A DNA stretch of 64,000 nucleotides from Trichosphaerium sp. ATCC 40318 (Eukaryota; Protista; Tubulinea). Of this stretch, positions 24,414 to 38,458 are shown piece by piece. Where the stretch lies: contig JALMLS010000424.1 of NCBI GenBank assembly GCA_038496445.1, positions 62,001-126,000 of the forward strand, given 5' to 3'. Positions within the stretch are counted from its first letter, which is position 1. Each line of letters starts with the position of its first letter. The position numbers were made by a program, and so were the translations under genes. The notes beneath the pieces were generated by a model. That model was not told where the DNA came from, ran no database searches, and was given only the letters and a program-made list of their open reading frames with translations.

Positions 24414-26699
24414 CTAGATTGAAGATATTGGTTTGAAAGGTAGTAGAGCAACAAGGCATTGAGTGTTGGTAAACAGGGCTCTCAAACCTTCATAATCAAG
24501 TGCCTTTGCCAATTTATAAGCTTTGTTTAAAACTGGCACTGTATTGAGAATCGTGTCCCAGTGCCTTGTGAAATCAATGAACGGTTGTTGATTTACCAAG
24601 TATTCATCTCCCCATTCCGCTTGAGAGTGAAATGAATTGAGTTCTGACATTTTATGTTTGTGTTGTCCTGTCATTGCAAATACACGGACAAGAGACATGA
24701 GATCGTAGGAAGGTAAATAAACAAATTTTTTGTGAATGTTGAAGTGTACTTCCTTACAACCAAAGAATGTACTACCTTCAAACTCTGTCATTGTATTTTT
24801 CTTGATTGCTGTTCCCCAGTCTATAAGTACACATTTCCCGTTGTGTACAACAATGTTATCAATACTTATATCCCTATTAACCAATAAGATGACTAAGTCA
24901 AAACGTAACACTTGCCTGTGAACAAATCCGTTTGCATGTAACTGTTCTAACGTGTTCACCAAATCAACAAAACTTGGTGTTTTTTCTTGTTTCTCTAGGC
25001 TTAAGCCTGTAGGTGTTGTCAAAATGTATTCGAGATTGTTGGTTGTCCGACCTGTTGTGATCTGAACAGTGGTAAGAGACAATATTCACAAAAAAAGAAG
25101 AGAGTACCAAAGTGGGGACGTTTGGAATGTTGGCTTCATTGATGGTTTTGAGCATATTTATCTCATGTCTTATAACGTATTTTTTAACCCCTTTGTTAAA
25201 TACCTTTAGAGCCATTTGAATATCGTTGCTGCTGTTGACAGGTTTGCTTGATTTGCAAAAGTCATGTGCAATATCTATACAGTACACATTTGCTGTACCA
25301 CCGTGACCAAGTAGTTTATGTGGCATAAAATTGGTGTCACGTTTTTTTAGAACAATTGGATGCCAACCCAAGTGCTCAGGTGAAGAGCTAAGAAGGTGGC
25401 TCAGCATTTGAGAGCCTGATGCGTCTTCTGTGGTGTAATCATAGACACCAGATATGTGGTAGTAGTGAGAAGCCTCTTTGTCATTCCACACCACTTTAAT
25501 AAACATGATGTATTTATGGTTCGACAACACGCCCCACATAAATTTGCGATCTGGTAATGCTCTCATGTACAACGACAGATAGTGCCTATAATAAAGTGAG
25601 ACAAAAGGTCTCCCTTTCAACAAAAAGATAAAACTCTGCTCGCTAAATTCTTGTCGTACATGACTTGTCCTATTTCTTCTGATGTGAAATACTTTCTATG
25701 GCCAGCTTTGAGTTCCCATACAGCCACAGCTTGCATTTCAGATTTATATTGAATGTTCTTTGCTGTCAGGATGATATCAGGCTCTTTAGGGTTAACTACA
25801 CTAGCTGGTTTATCATCTACAAGGTGTGTATCATGGTACATCAAGTGCGGCAAGTCAGAGTTTTTTAGTATACTCACTAAAAACTCTTGTAGTGCTGACT
25901 TTGTGTATGATCCTATTTTACCATTTACCTTTAGCACCTCTATGTCATTAGCGACAGGTTCTTGATTTGGATTTATAACAAACAGGGTATTATCAGGGTC
26001 ATAAATACCACAGAAGTTTAAAAGACACTTGTGTAGGTTTCCCTCACAGAAGTCAAGAAGTTCCAAATGTTTTAGTCTTTTCATTAACTTATTGTATTCA
26101 TAAATACTGTCATAATCTAACAAACAGAGATTGAACTGAGCAAAGTATCGTTTAAAGTCAAGTCATTACCAACACCCATTAGCCTTAATGTTCTCAAACT
26201 CCCTTTAAGTCGTTTTAATTCTCGAAGTTCTGCAACAACACCAGCATATTGCTTTTCATGGTTTTTTTCTATTCTCGCCATGTTATTTTTCATTTGTTGC
26301 ATTTGTTCTTTCGTCTCATCTTTCAGTTGTTGTACTAAAGCTAGTACAGCTGGGTTTATTGAGTCTACATTCCTGAAAGTGTTTGTTACTTTGTTGAGTA
26401 GCCCATTACGTACTGTTCGCGCTTTGTTGGTACGTCAGGAGGCTTGACAGGTTTTTGATTGGGTTTTCGTCTCTTTTTTGCTACCTTGCGTTTTTTCGTG
26501 ACCGTAGTGCCTGATTCAGTTAGAGAAGCACGGAAATAAGAGGTTTAAGTAAAAAAGCTCCAAAACGTACTCTCTGCATCGTTTGTGCGATTACGCGTCG
26601 TGCCTAAGCGTAACGTTAGAAAAAGAAAGTACCGAATACAGTTTCATAAGGCTGTGTTGTCGTACTCCGTGTTAGTCGTTTGCGTTTACGGTCAGCCAT
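24414..26699 (-). CDS. Crinkler-like PD-(D/E)xK nuclease-fold + protein kinase, copy A
   Basis: Basic N-terminus and coiled coil, then PDIILT...VAVWELK...GQ and WGVLSN. Kinase motifs LGHGGTANVY, ALKVF, VHRDISIDNI, LIDWG and YDLMSLV. Confidence 0.8.
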
Positions 26700-26711
26700 G
26701 TCTCTGGCTTA

Positions 26712-26990
26712 TCAATGCAGGTGGAGCTGGTCAAACGTTGCTACAGCTATTTTGAGGCAAGTCCCGAAAATTATGACTGATGTAACAGTTTCTGTGAACA
26801 ATCTGTTTGCACGCAACTGTTCTAATGTGTCCACCAAAACTTGGTGTTTTTTCTTAACCTGCCAGATTTTTCCCCACAGGCTACGTGTATGGAGCCCTTT
26901 GGTCTTACAATATTGATACAATAAACGAATCAACCTGCCGTTTATTTTTGTGTCTAATAAGCATAGCCTACAGACAAAGCAAGGAGTTCC
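26712..26990 (-). pseudogene. Degenerate kinase-gene fragment between the two copies
   Basis: tttgcacgcaactgttctaatgtgtccaccaaaacttggtg matches the LEQLHANG-coding region of both copies with a deletion; translation VLVDTLEQLRANRLF. Confidence 0.65.
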
Positions 26991-27062
26991 GTGACCAACA
27001 TGACCTTGCGTACTTTTATTATTCTGTGCATTACATGTTATTGTTGCTAGTCACATGTACTA

Positions 27063-29412
27063 TCATAGCCGCTTGAAAGGAACAAGTGCTAGGCATTGGG
27101 TATGAGTAAAAAACTGCCTCAAGCCTTGGTAGTCAAGTGCTGATGCAAGTTTATAGGCATCAATAAAGTTAGCATCAAGAACTGTATCCCAATGTCTTGT
27201 GAAATCTATGAATGGCTGTTGACTTGCCAAATGTCCAGATCTCCAGTTCACTTGAGAGTGAAATGAATTGAGTTCTGACATTTTATGTTTGTGTTGTCCT
27301 GTCATTGCAAAAACACGGACAAGAGACATGAGATCGTAGGAAGGTAAATAAACAAATTTTTTGTGAATATTGAAGTGTACTTCCTTACAACCAAAGAATG
27401 TACTACCTTCAAACTCTGTCATTGTGTTTGTCTTGATTGCTGTTCCCCAGTCTATAAGTACACATTTCCCGTTGTGTACAACAATGTTATCAATACTTAT
27501 ATCCCTATTAACCAATAAGATGACTAAGTCAAAACGTAACACATGCCTGTGAACAAATCCATTTGCATGTAACTGTTCTAACGTGTTCACCAAATCAACA
27601 AAACTTGGTGTTATTCGCTGTTTTTCTAGACTTTTCCCAGCAGGTGCTGTTATACTGTAGTAGAGTCCTTTTGTGGTCTTACCACTTGTAACCTGAGATA
27701 AAATATTGTTAGCTTATGAACTAAAACAAAAAGGAGTACCAAGGTAGGGACATTGGGAATGTTGACTTCATTGATGGCTTTGAGCATTTTTATTTCGTGT
27801 TTGACAACATGATCAGCTAACCTGCTTTTGAAAACTTTGAGAGCCATGCAAACATTGTCATTTTCATCAGCAATGTATTTCGAGGTTGATTCAAACAATG
27901 TCGCAGAGACATCTATGGAGTACACGTTTGCTGTGCCACCCTCACCAAGAAGTGTATGTGGTATCAAACTTATATCCTTGTGTTGTAAAACAACTGGACT
28001 CCAACCCAAGTGCTTAGGTGAAGAGCTAAGAAAGTGGCTCAGCATTTGAGAGCCTGGTGCGTCTTCTGTGGTGTAATCATAGACACCAGATACAGTATAA
28101 TAGTGAGAAGCCTCATTGTCATTCCACACCACTTTAATAAACATGATGTATTTATGGTTCGACAACACGCCCCACATAAATTTGCGATCTGGTAGTGCTA
28201 TCATGTACAATGAAAGAACGTGCCTATAAATAAAGTGAGAAGACTTTTAAACCTATTTTGTTCGCCAAATTCTTGTCGTACATGACTTGTCCTATTTCTT
28301 CTGAACCGAAATACTTGCTGTGGCCCGCTTTGAGTTCCCATACAGCCACAGCTTGCATTTCAGATTTATAACGAATGTTCTTTGCTGTTAATGCAATATC
28401 AGGTTGCTTGGAGTCAAGCATACTAGGCTTTCTTGGTCCATTCACCAAATCCACATTGTGGTATGCCAAGAAAGGTATTTCCAAGTCTTTTAGTATATTC
28501 ACTACCAACTCTCGTAGCTTGGCCTTTGAGTATATGTTCTCTGTGACATCTTCCGGGTTTGGATCTGCTAACATGTCGCTTTGAGGTTCGGTAATACCAC
28601 AAAATTTAATGAGACAGTTGTCTTTGGCGTTTATGTAAAAGTCTGGTATCTTCATTATCTTCATTTTGAACATCTTATTGCATTCGTAAACACTTTCATA
28701 ATCTAAATACAAATTAGATTACTTCACAGAAATAATGAGAGAGTGTACCAAGACCCAGTAGCTTTGAGAATGGTCTGATACTGCCAAAAAGCCTTTTCAA
28801 TTTTCGAGCTTCCTCAAGTACAATAGCATATTTTTCTTTGTATTTGTTTTCTAGTGCTTGACACTGTTCTTTCTGTTCAGCAAGAGTCTTGTTATATTCT
28901 TCATATTGTAAATCGCTTTCTGCTTCGTTTCTTTCAATTCTCTCATTCATTGCTCGCAATACTGCCATCAACTCTGGGTCTATAGTGCTGGGCATCGTAA
29001 ATGGGTTTACATTGTCTGTAGACGGTTGAGGGTCGCTTCTTTTGACCGGTTTTTCAGGTGAAGGGTCAACAACATCTGCAACTGTTTGTTAAAAAGTAAT
29101 GAGTTCAGTTTATGTACCTGACACATGTTGTTTGCGTTTTTTTGAAACACGAGTACTATTCGTTGTTTTGCGCTTGCGTTTCGTTTGTTTTGTTTGTTTT
29201 TTCACAACTGTACGTTTCTTCGTTGGTGTAGAGTCTGAATCACCTGGTTGAGTGTTAAACAAGAACAATAGAAACAATATTGCTTGAGCTTACTCTCCAG
29301 AGCGCTTGTACGTTGGTTGAGGGTCATACCCAGCGTTACGTAAATTGGTGGTTCTAAACTAAACTTTAAAGCAATTGTTCGTACTCCTTGTTATTCGTTT
29401 ACGTTCAGCCAT
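27063..29412 (-). CDS. Crinkler-like PD-(D/E)xK nuclease-fold + protein kinase, copy B
   Basis: Same exon structure and motifs as copy A (PDIALT...WELK, LGEGGTANVY, VHRDISIDN, LIDWG). Starts MAERKR versus MADRKR in copy A. Confidence 0.8.
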
Positions 29413-29698
29413 ACTTGATTGACGTTGCAGGTTATTTGCAAGTCCAAATAAAGACTTTGGTAGGTCAATATTTTCCAGACTTACCTAAAATAGTCCTACG
29501 TAATTTAAATTCTTGTGTTTTGTGCATGACTTTTTTACCACCACAAAGTGTTCTGCAAGGATACATATATGGATAGCTAGCTTAACAAAGGGCTAACTTT
29601 GCCTCAACAAGCGGTAAGCTTTACAATGAAAGGGAATGGAGTTTGCACGTGTCTTAAGTAGTTAAGTCCAAACAGTTTTTTATTCGCTTCTTCAGAAC

Positions 29699-31337
29699 AT
29701 GACACTCCATTTGCTTTGTGTATTTGTTCTGCTAATAGCTCCTATAATTGCTGGCACGCCATTCTTTAGCGTCAAATTCGACATTAACGAACGTAGCGAA
29801 CCCTGAAGATAGTTTTATCAAATCAGGTGTCATATGGACTGGTACGGATGGTAAACCAGTACACGCACATGGTGGTGGTATCTATGTCGAAGGTGAAACG
29901 TATTATCTGGTTGGCACCACTCAGGTACGAAATTGAACCATTTATGACCTCTAAATAGCGTAGAAAATAGGACCTGTACAATTTCTATCATCGGGTTAGA
30001 GTTAACGGCTTTTTACGGCTTGTTGTAACTATTCTGTTAGGAATCAACCTGTATTCATCTACAGACCTAGCGAACTGGCATTTTGAAGGTTTGTAGTGGT
30101 TCTCAAACGTCACTAATAACATTAGGAGTCATTTTCCAAAATACAAGGTTTCCCTAACCATAAAAACTGTTGTTTCGGCCTTTAACTTTATTATCACTTA
30201 GTATAACTAACGTTGGTGCGAGTGGACCGTACCGTATTGAACGTCCAAAAATAATCTACAACGAAATGACTAAAAAATATGTAATGTGGCACGTGATAAC
30301 ACAAATATTGACACGCTTTACTGACACGTGATAACTTTGTTTCATCAACTGACACGTTTTGCTGTTTATATTAACGCAGTTGCGTGTTGTCTAACCACTA
30401 CTAGGTTCCATCTTGATACTGCAGGATTTACATTGCGTAACACAGGTTGGTGATGTTTATTTTGATATTATATTTACGTATTAGGCGTTGCAACATGCGA
30501 TACAATAAATGGAGACTACAAGTTTGTTGCAGGCACCTTTATTTCTTTTGTTTATCTTTCGCTTCTGATTTGTTGGTAGGATTTAAACCTGATGGACTCG
30601 ACAGTTTCGATATGGGGCTATACAAGGACGAAACAGGAGCTTGTACATTTAAAGTGGGTTATACGTTCCTTAATTGCTTGTAGATTTGGTTAGGTCAGTT
30701 GAGAATAAATACGCTGGCATTAGGTAATATCACTTCCAGTCATGTACAACTCAATAATCCAATAGTAAACTATCAGATGATTACCTAAAGACTACAGGAA
30801 TTATAAGCAAAGGACCACGGATTGAGGGTCAATGTATTTTTAAATACAACAAGAGATATTACCTTCTTGGATCTCACCTAACTGGTATCTATCAGGATGT
30901 TTTAGTACGTTCTCACTGTGTTAGGTTGGAATGCAAACCAAGCTGTTTTATCTATATCTGATGGTGATACACTGGACGGAGCTACTTGGACAGAGATTAC
31001 ACCTATAACAAGTTCTAAAACAACATACAATTCTCAAAGGTAAAAAAAGAACACCAGAATTTTAGGTTTTTTTTTTAATTCATTGCTGATGATTATATCT
31101 AGTACCTACGTTTTACCTTATGTTCACCCTGACGGGAAATTGCTATTTATATACATGGGTGATAGATGGGCTTATCCTCACGTTGACCAAGTACGTTATG
31201 AGTAAAGTTAAGAAGAAGATATTCGTTTATTAACTTGTTGTTAACAGGCAAGCTATGTTTGGTTACCTATGGAAATTCACAGTACTGAAAATATCACGAT
31301 GCCTTTTAAGGATCAGTGGCAAATCAAAAACTACTGA
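29699..31337 (+). CDS. Secreted glycoside hydrolase family 43 (exo-beta-1,3-galactanase-like, GH43_24 type)
   Basis: Signal peptide, then VHAHGGGI, GINLYSSTDLANW, IERPKIIYN...YVMWFH, SFDMGLYKD, GSHLTGW, TYNSQST, YMGDRW and SYVWLP across many short exons. Confidence 0.9.
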
Positions 31338-31728
31338 ATAGGTAGCCAAGCAATAATAAACGAAACTGCTGTGAGTTTTCATAAATTCATCACATTCTTA
31401 GGTTTCATTCTCAAGCCTGCAAATCAATGACTTTTAGTTGTATTTGAGTTGTACATGTGTTGCTACAAACCTGAGTTGGAAGTAATTTTGAAGTTTTAGC
31501 TCTCTTTTTTTTTTTTGATAGTATGAACTGTGTTGATCGAAATGCCAAGCATGTAAATCGCGTTTGTGTAGATTGAGCAATGACTTCAAAATTTATACCT
31601 GTCTTAGTCAAATATTATGCTACTCCACTGTGGGCCCACTGTCTGAAACCATCTTTGGCGCGTGTACTTTTGCAACGAGTTTTCGGCACGTGTTCTTTAT
31701 CTTCAGGAGTTCAAACATTGACAACAAC

Positions 31729-32295
31729 ATGAACACCTTTTCTGTGATATTGGCAATAGTGTTTATTTCAACAGCATCAGGGTTATTGTTTTCAACTGGT
31801 ATTTTCGACGAGGGATGCACTGTGTGGCTCGCAACAGCTCCAGATGTTACCAGTAGTGAGGGAGGCATATGGCTAGTGGACACAGACCATAAATACTGGG
31901 TTTATGACAGTGCAAACGGTTATTTTTGTTACACATACAACTGGGAAAGTACTTCAACCCTTCTTGAACCAGAATCAAACAACGTAGAAATATTGACAGC
32001 GTTCTGGGACCATAATGCTATAGTAAAAGAATCTGGTGCTGCCATTGATGTAATCACAACATCAAAGGTCAAATATGTAAGCATTGATATACCAGGGACT
32101 GATAGCTTTGTATCAACTTTTGAAACTTTGGATAAAGGGTTCAATGCAACTTGCTGGAACAAAGCCGTAAGCTCTGAATCATGCAGTGCAAAGTATAGTA
32201 AAATCAAAGGCCTTGTTTCTGAATATAAGCTAGACATTGACCTGTCACCAGAAAGTGTATTTTGTGGTGGGTCCAAAGACAACAATGAGCTTTAA
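31729..32295 (+). CDS. Small secreted protein of unknown function, intronless
   Basis: MNTFSVILAIVFISTASG signal peptide within the 243-aa ORF; several Cys residues. Confidence 0.65.
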   Translation: MNTFSVILAIVFISTASGLLFSTGIFDEGCTVWLATAPDVTSSEGGIWLVDTDHKYWVYDSANGYFCYTYNWESTSTLLEPESNNVEILTAFWDHNAIVKESGAAIDVITTSKVKYVSIDIPGTDSFVSTFETLDKGFNATCWNKAVSSESCSAKYSKIKGLVSEYKLDIDLSPESVFCGGSKDNNEL

Positions 32296-32391
32296 AATAA
32301 AACTTTTATTTGGTCCAAGTTTTTTTTTTATGACGAGCCTTGTTACATCAGCTGAGCTCTCCTGCGGTTTTATTTTTGAAAAAGAAGGAGC

Positions 32392-34057
32392 TCACTTATC
32401 TTTTTTAATTGGATTCTTGCAAGTACGTAATCTTGTGGTCGAAAAGGGACACTCAGGGTTTACATAAATCTAGGGAAAAAAAAAGTAAGGAAATTGGATT
32501 CTCGTTTTGTTAGAAAAACAACTTACAAATGCCCATTCTTTACCAAAAGCTGGCCAGTATTCATTCGTTTCTTTTGCTACAAGTCTGAATCCATCGTCTA
32601 ATATACCATCCATCAAATTCATAAATTTTACTATATCTTGTGTTCTGTTTTTGCTGTAAAAATGCGTCTCCATCTAATTTTTAAGAAAAAACAAAGATTA
32701 GCCTTGAGAAGAACAATAAAATGAATGTACAATCATTTGCCATATAGGAATTGATCCCTCTTGAGACGAGAATACTTGAGGAATGATACCATATTCACCA
32801 CCTGTAACAAAAAGCGTTATCGTTAATTTTTTTGGTTTGCTAAGCTCTTTGCTTGCCTTCAACGTCAATCTTTAAAATGTCAATATGATCATGACCAAGC
32901 TCTTTCATTATTTGGTCCCAAGTTCTTTGTGTCTTAAGATGTTTTTGTCTTGGCTTGTGTACCCATGCATAAGGATGAAAGTGTATTCTAGGATCCAGAT
33001 TTTCAGCTTTTGTTCCTTTAAACCATTAATTAACAAGATATACAGTCAAATTACACTCATAGTACACAGAAAAAACGCAGTGTAAAGGTAAATAAACCGA
33101 AATTTTGAAGGATTGTTGCGCGAGAGATTATGTTTTTGCGTAGTAAAAAATCAAAACCAAAAACATGTGTTAACTTAAAACATCTTCAAGACCTCTTACC
33201 TTTTGGATCGAAAGTATGAATTTCACAATCAGCGTATTTCAATAAATTATTCTCTATTTATAGTGGTAAGTTTCATATAAACACGTGATAAATGACGGGA
33301 TTAATGAAATAAAAAAAAAAGTGGTGAAAGCTTCAAACTTTTCTCAAAAAGGGTTTTTTTAGATGCGTACCAAAGTCAAAGTTATCAGCACTACCAACTG
33401 AATACACAATACATGGTAACGGGTCTTCAGAGAGCTCTAAAACATCACATACAAATTTTGCTCCATCGCCTACTTCACCTATTCTTGCCATATCTTTACA
33501 ACTCCATTGTGGCTCGTATAAAAAGTTTGCAAGTTCAACCTTGCTATTGGTCAAAGACCCTCTGTTCCATATAGGCAATGGCCATTTCTCTTAAAGTAAA
33601 TTGTAAGTAATAAATATTAATACTGAGTACACACTGGCTTCTAGAAGTGGACGGACTTCATCTCGTAATTTAGTAAATTTCTCCTAGTTTTTTTCTTCTT
33701 GTTAGTAAAATGTTTCATCAAAATAAGACGTATGTCAAGCATTTCGTCATACCTCCATATCATAGTAAAATTGAAGCCTGAATTTCTCGCTCTTGGAGAA
33801 AACTTGTTTTCTAGAACAAAGTATCAACAAGATACAAATTCCTGGTCTTTGAAAAAAAATAAAGAAATCACGTGATTAGATTTTGAAAAGCTTTTTATGA
33901 TCTATAGTATTACGTACTGTGGCGCGGCGTCGTATTTACCCATAGCAAATAATGTAATCAAAATAAGGCCGCCTATTAAAACAACGCCAATGACTACTCC
34001 GCGTATTGTACTGCTACCGCTTTGCTTTTGTGGCGTTCCAGTGTTCATATCCTTCAT
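32392..34057 (-). CDS. Type II membrane methyltransferase (Methyltransf_22 / METTL24-like)
   Basis: N-terminal TM, then RIGEVGDGAKFVC, CIVYSVGSADNFDF, CEIHTFDP and GHDHIDILKIDVEGGEY. Confidence 0.85.
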
Positions 34058-34626
34058 TGTCTCTGTTTACTTCTAAAAAGTACGTAAGGTTAACTTGCTC
34101 TTGTTGTACGTATAAAGCAAACGCGTTTCTTATTCTAACCTTATTTTTTGACAACGTTTACAAAATTATCTAGAACTGATTCTAGTAACGCTTCAACTTG
34201 ATGAGCTCCAATATTTAGAACAGGTGTTAGGTTTGAACTGCGCCTGGTAAACAAAAGTCTACCTAAGTAACATCACGAGATGAATTTTGAGCAAAATTCA
34301 AAAAACGTGCGTGCATGTGTAGTATGTTCTATACAACCCTCTTAAATGTCATACATCGTTAACTAGATAGTAATGTACACACGGAGTATCTCTCAGCACA
34401 CGCGAATAAAGAAAAACTTCAATGAATCTAATCCGAGTTTTCTCGTTTAACAGCATCGCTAAGAACACTTTTATCAAGCACGTACGTAGTAGATAGTACA
34501 ATTGGTATACCTTGTATAATACCTCGCAGGAAGGCTATGTTTAGAACAACACTGCATCATCCAACCAAGTAAAGTTAGCGTTTAGTGGCTTTGACATTGA
34601 AATTTATGGATTTTATTTTATTGTAC

Positions 34627-36108
34627 TTATACAACTTGCTCGTAACCTAGTCCTTTTGCTACAGCATTTTTAAGCTTTGCCTTTTCCTTTGCTCTTCTAA
34701 CGAGCAATACTATTACACCAACAAGTATTATGATTATAGCAATGCATATAGCAACGCTTAGTATAATTGGAAGTAGGTGATTTTCACAGGTTTTAGTAAC
34801 ACTTAGTATTATAATTACGTTTGACTTCGTATATTTCTCTATACCTTGTACAGAGGAGCAATCATCATTATGAAGAACGGTAACATTGTGAGACCCTTCA
34901 TTGGAGCACTGAAATCGCGCAACTTCAATAGTGTCACCTACGAAAAATAGCGTTAGAGTTTGGTTCATAGTAATGCTATCATACCATCTCGTGGATTAGT
35001 GACATGTACATTAAGTGTTGCGTTTTCTGACACAATATAACATCCGTTTACTGTAACAACAGTGCTATCTCCTAAATCAAGTGTCGCATCTTCAAGCGTT
35101 AAAGAGCCATTCTGAAGTGTTTTTTGATTAGCATCCTCATCTTGAGTAAAAATGTGATGACGTACTACAAATGTATCCTCGGCTACAATAATGATAACCC
35201 TCTCAGCGCTTTCAGTACATGTTACATTATCAGAAGAGCACAGAGGGCTACTAAAGTCTTCTTCTATTTTCTCTAAACAAGGTTACTACTTACTTATAAG
35301 ATATCAAACCTAGTTCCTTACCACATAGAACAAGCAAGTGAGAAGCGTTACAATACATATCATTAAAAGCACCACTCCGCATTCCACCGCATAACTCTGG
35401 CTCTATTGGAGCACCATCAAAACCAGGGCTGACGATAAGAGAAGGATTTGAAGGGAGCCAATTTTCGCTCAAATATTGAGATAGCTCAGTGTCGCTACCA
35501 ACGTGAGATTTTCTGTTTAAAGTGAAGTTGCACTTACCTATAAACTTCATACAGTTCTGTTGAAGTTAAGTTTACACCACTCTCCCACTGGAACAAACTA
35601 AGTGCATATCGGCATGTATCACAATGAAGGTATCCAGTCCTTTGACACTCCGAACAACTACATTCAATGGGCTTCGAGCTGTTACTAGAATAACACAATG
35701 TCAGGTGCAAGTTGCAAAAAGCACGTGCGCACTACTTACGTAATACAAGTGTACGGTGCTTCTGGATATGAGGGCATCAACCGCTTTAAATTAACCCAGT
35801 GTTGGACTGTACTGTTACCAATAGCGTTTATTGCATCGGTTAAATCTTGTCGTGTCAGTATTTCCGCAAGTCTCATGCTCCTAGTGATAATAATGATTCA
35901 AACGCGTTATGGGGTGGTATTAAGGCCGTACATATTACTGCAGCGCTCTTTCGCTTCACTTAGTGAACTTTTTACTTGTATTGCTTTGTACTTATTTTCC
36001 TAGCTGTGTTTAGAGTAACCACGCGTCAAAAAACTGAGAAGTTACCTGTTCACTGTTCGCAAGAGCTAAACAAGCAAACAATACGCCAAAAAACACCGCG
36101 GTGTGCAT
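34627..36108 (-). CDS. Type I membrane protein with an N-terminal C-type lectin-like domain
   Basis: Signal peptide. EAKERCSNMSMRLAEI...HWVNL and ELCGGMRSGAFNDMYC...VLC match the C-type lectin pattern. C-terminal TM followed by a basic tail. Confidence 0.7.
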
Positions 36109-36949
36109 GTTTATGAGCATTATTTTATCTACGGTAAGATTCAGTACATATCGCTCAGAAAGGCAAACCTTGATATAAATGGTTGTGGAAGATGTAACAC
36201 ACGCGGTAGTGATGTAGTGACAGTTATTTAATCAACACTTAACACACGGAATAGGTTTTTTAAGCACAATCAAGTTATGTCGTTATTATCTCTCCGTAAT
36301 AAGGCCTAGATAGCTCTCCGTAAATTACTGGTTTCCGGCCTATTTTAGCCTCACAAAACGCTGCAGTTCGGTCAAATACTGTTCAAAACTGTAAATAAAG
36401 TATAAAACGTTAAAGCGGCAACAAGCACAAGCAGCTGCATAACATTACAATACAGACATTGGAATTCCAGCCCATACTACGTGAGGTGCGCAAGTACTAG
36501 CTAATGGCATACGGGACTACCACTAGTCCATAGCAGAGGCTCTTCGCTTTTTGTGATACTTCTCCTGTTTTTAGGCTCCCTGCGCACTATACCTCGCGGG
36601 AAGCGCGTAGTGAGCTCGGTTTAAAGCACCAACTGCAATTTGTCACTTTTTTTGATCAAAAGAACTCCTTTTTTTCATGTGATAGCGTTAGTTACGGCCC
36701 TAACCGCGCAATGGCTTGTTTTCTATTTTCATTTTAAACTCAGAGGCCAGTTGTCACTGTTCGCACATACACGGTCATAAATTGTTGTATAATTCGCGGG
36801 AACGGCATAAAATCGCAAAAAAGCCGTTATGCTGACTCCCCAAAATCAGTTAATTCACTTGCCGCAAACGTGTCACTTTCCTAAACCATACTCCGGACAC
36901 ACTACAAGCAACAACCAGAACTAAATACCTGTAGACAAAAAATCCAGCA

Positions 36950-38458
36950 ATGCAGATTATGGACCAAGTGTGGCTTCTTAGCGCTGGCGCAACGATACTA
37001 GTAATGTCTATTGCAGGCATAGCGCGACTACTGAAGTTCTGGACAGTATCGAGCGGGTACGCCAACTTGTATTCTCACACGCGAGCGTAGTCCCCAGCGC
37101 ATTATTCACAGCTCAACTATCTTTTCTTACGTGTCACATTAGCAAGTGCTTAGTCATCGAAAGTTTCGGCAAATACAAGACAGTTCTGGGTCCTGGTTTT
37201 CATGTGACGTGCGCTTTGTTCTATGAGCCTAAAGCAGTAGATTGGAAATTTCAAGCAGATGAGTACAGTGATGGTTCCAAGTCAGTTGTAACAAGAAGGT
37301 ACGGTTTTTTTTTCAGTTGGAAAATTCGAAGCTTAGTTTTCTTCTTCTAGCATCAAAGGGTTCTTGATTCCATCACATATTATAAGCCTTGACGTACCAG
37401 AGATCAACGTTATCACGAAAGATAAATGTGAGGTTTTTGTAGACTTGAATTGTTATGTAAAGATGGTTGATCCAAAACTTGCTGTATACGCTATTGATGA
37501 TCCTCTGGATTACATGGAACGCAACATTGAGACTGCTCTTCGCGATGTACGTAAATATTTTGAAAGCGGAGCGCGTAAATTTACACAGGTTTACGCGTTG
37601 TAAGTAAACTACAAAAAAAATTGTAGTGATTAAGAACTAACGAGGCCTCAGGTTTGCTGTACATTAACACAGGAAGAGCTATTTCAGGTACGCTATTGCG
37701 GTTTGAAAACTAGAATTCACCAGGCTTGGTTATTTTATTTAAACGTTTTACACTTGCTTTACGCGCTACTGCTTCTGTTTTGTCGCGTCTGACTATTCCT
37801 TTCTCTAAGTATTTTTAGTCTGTACCTTTAGTTAGAAATCGTTTAACACACGCAATGGAGTCCGCAAAGGAAGATTGCGGCTTTGTAATGCATAAACTTG
37901 ATGTACAACAAATCAAAGTAAGACCTCCATATTTTTTTAATTCGCCTCTTACGTTCCCTCTAGTTCAGCGATGAGATACAAACCGCTGTGAATGATCAAA
38001 TTATAGCACAGAGAAAACATAAAGCAGCTGTTACAAATATGAACATTAAACGTCAAGAACAGGAGATGGAACAGCTACTAAAACTTAAACTTTCACAAAT
38101 GCAAGCAGACTATAATATGGCTGAGTTAAAAAAGAAGTCACAACAGATTTTTGATGCTTTTTCTCAGCGCGTAGAGATGGAGAAATTGGCAAAAGACAAA
38201 CTTGGATCAGAGTACGCTATGGAGTTCTTAAGGTTACGTGAGATGAAGGAGGCTTTGGTAAAGGCTCGTGTAGTTTACATGCCACATAATACAAAATTGG
38301 TACTTGGCTCTAAAGGACTTGGAAAGTATAACGAAGGTATTGGTGTCTCTTCGACACCAATGCCAGTTGATGTTAAGAGTGGTACAGGTAGTAAAGGCTT
38401 AGAAGACTTGATTGGTGATGAAATACGCGAAGAAGAGGTTGTTTTTACTGATGTGTAA
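36950..38458 (+). CDS. SPFH / band-7 (stomatin-like) membrane protein
   Basis: N-terminal TM, then VIESFGKYKTVLGPGFH, ITKDKCEVFVD, VKMVDPKLAVYAIDDP, IETALRDV and a coiled-coil C-terminal region. Confidence 0.88.
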
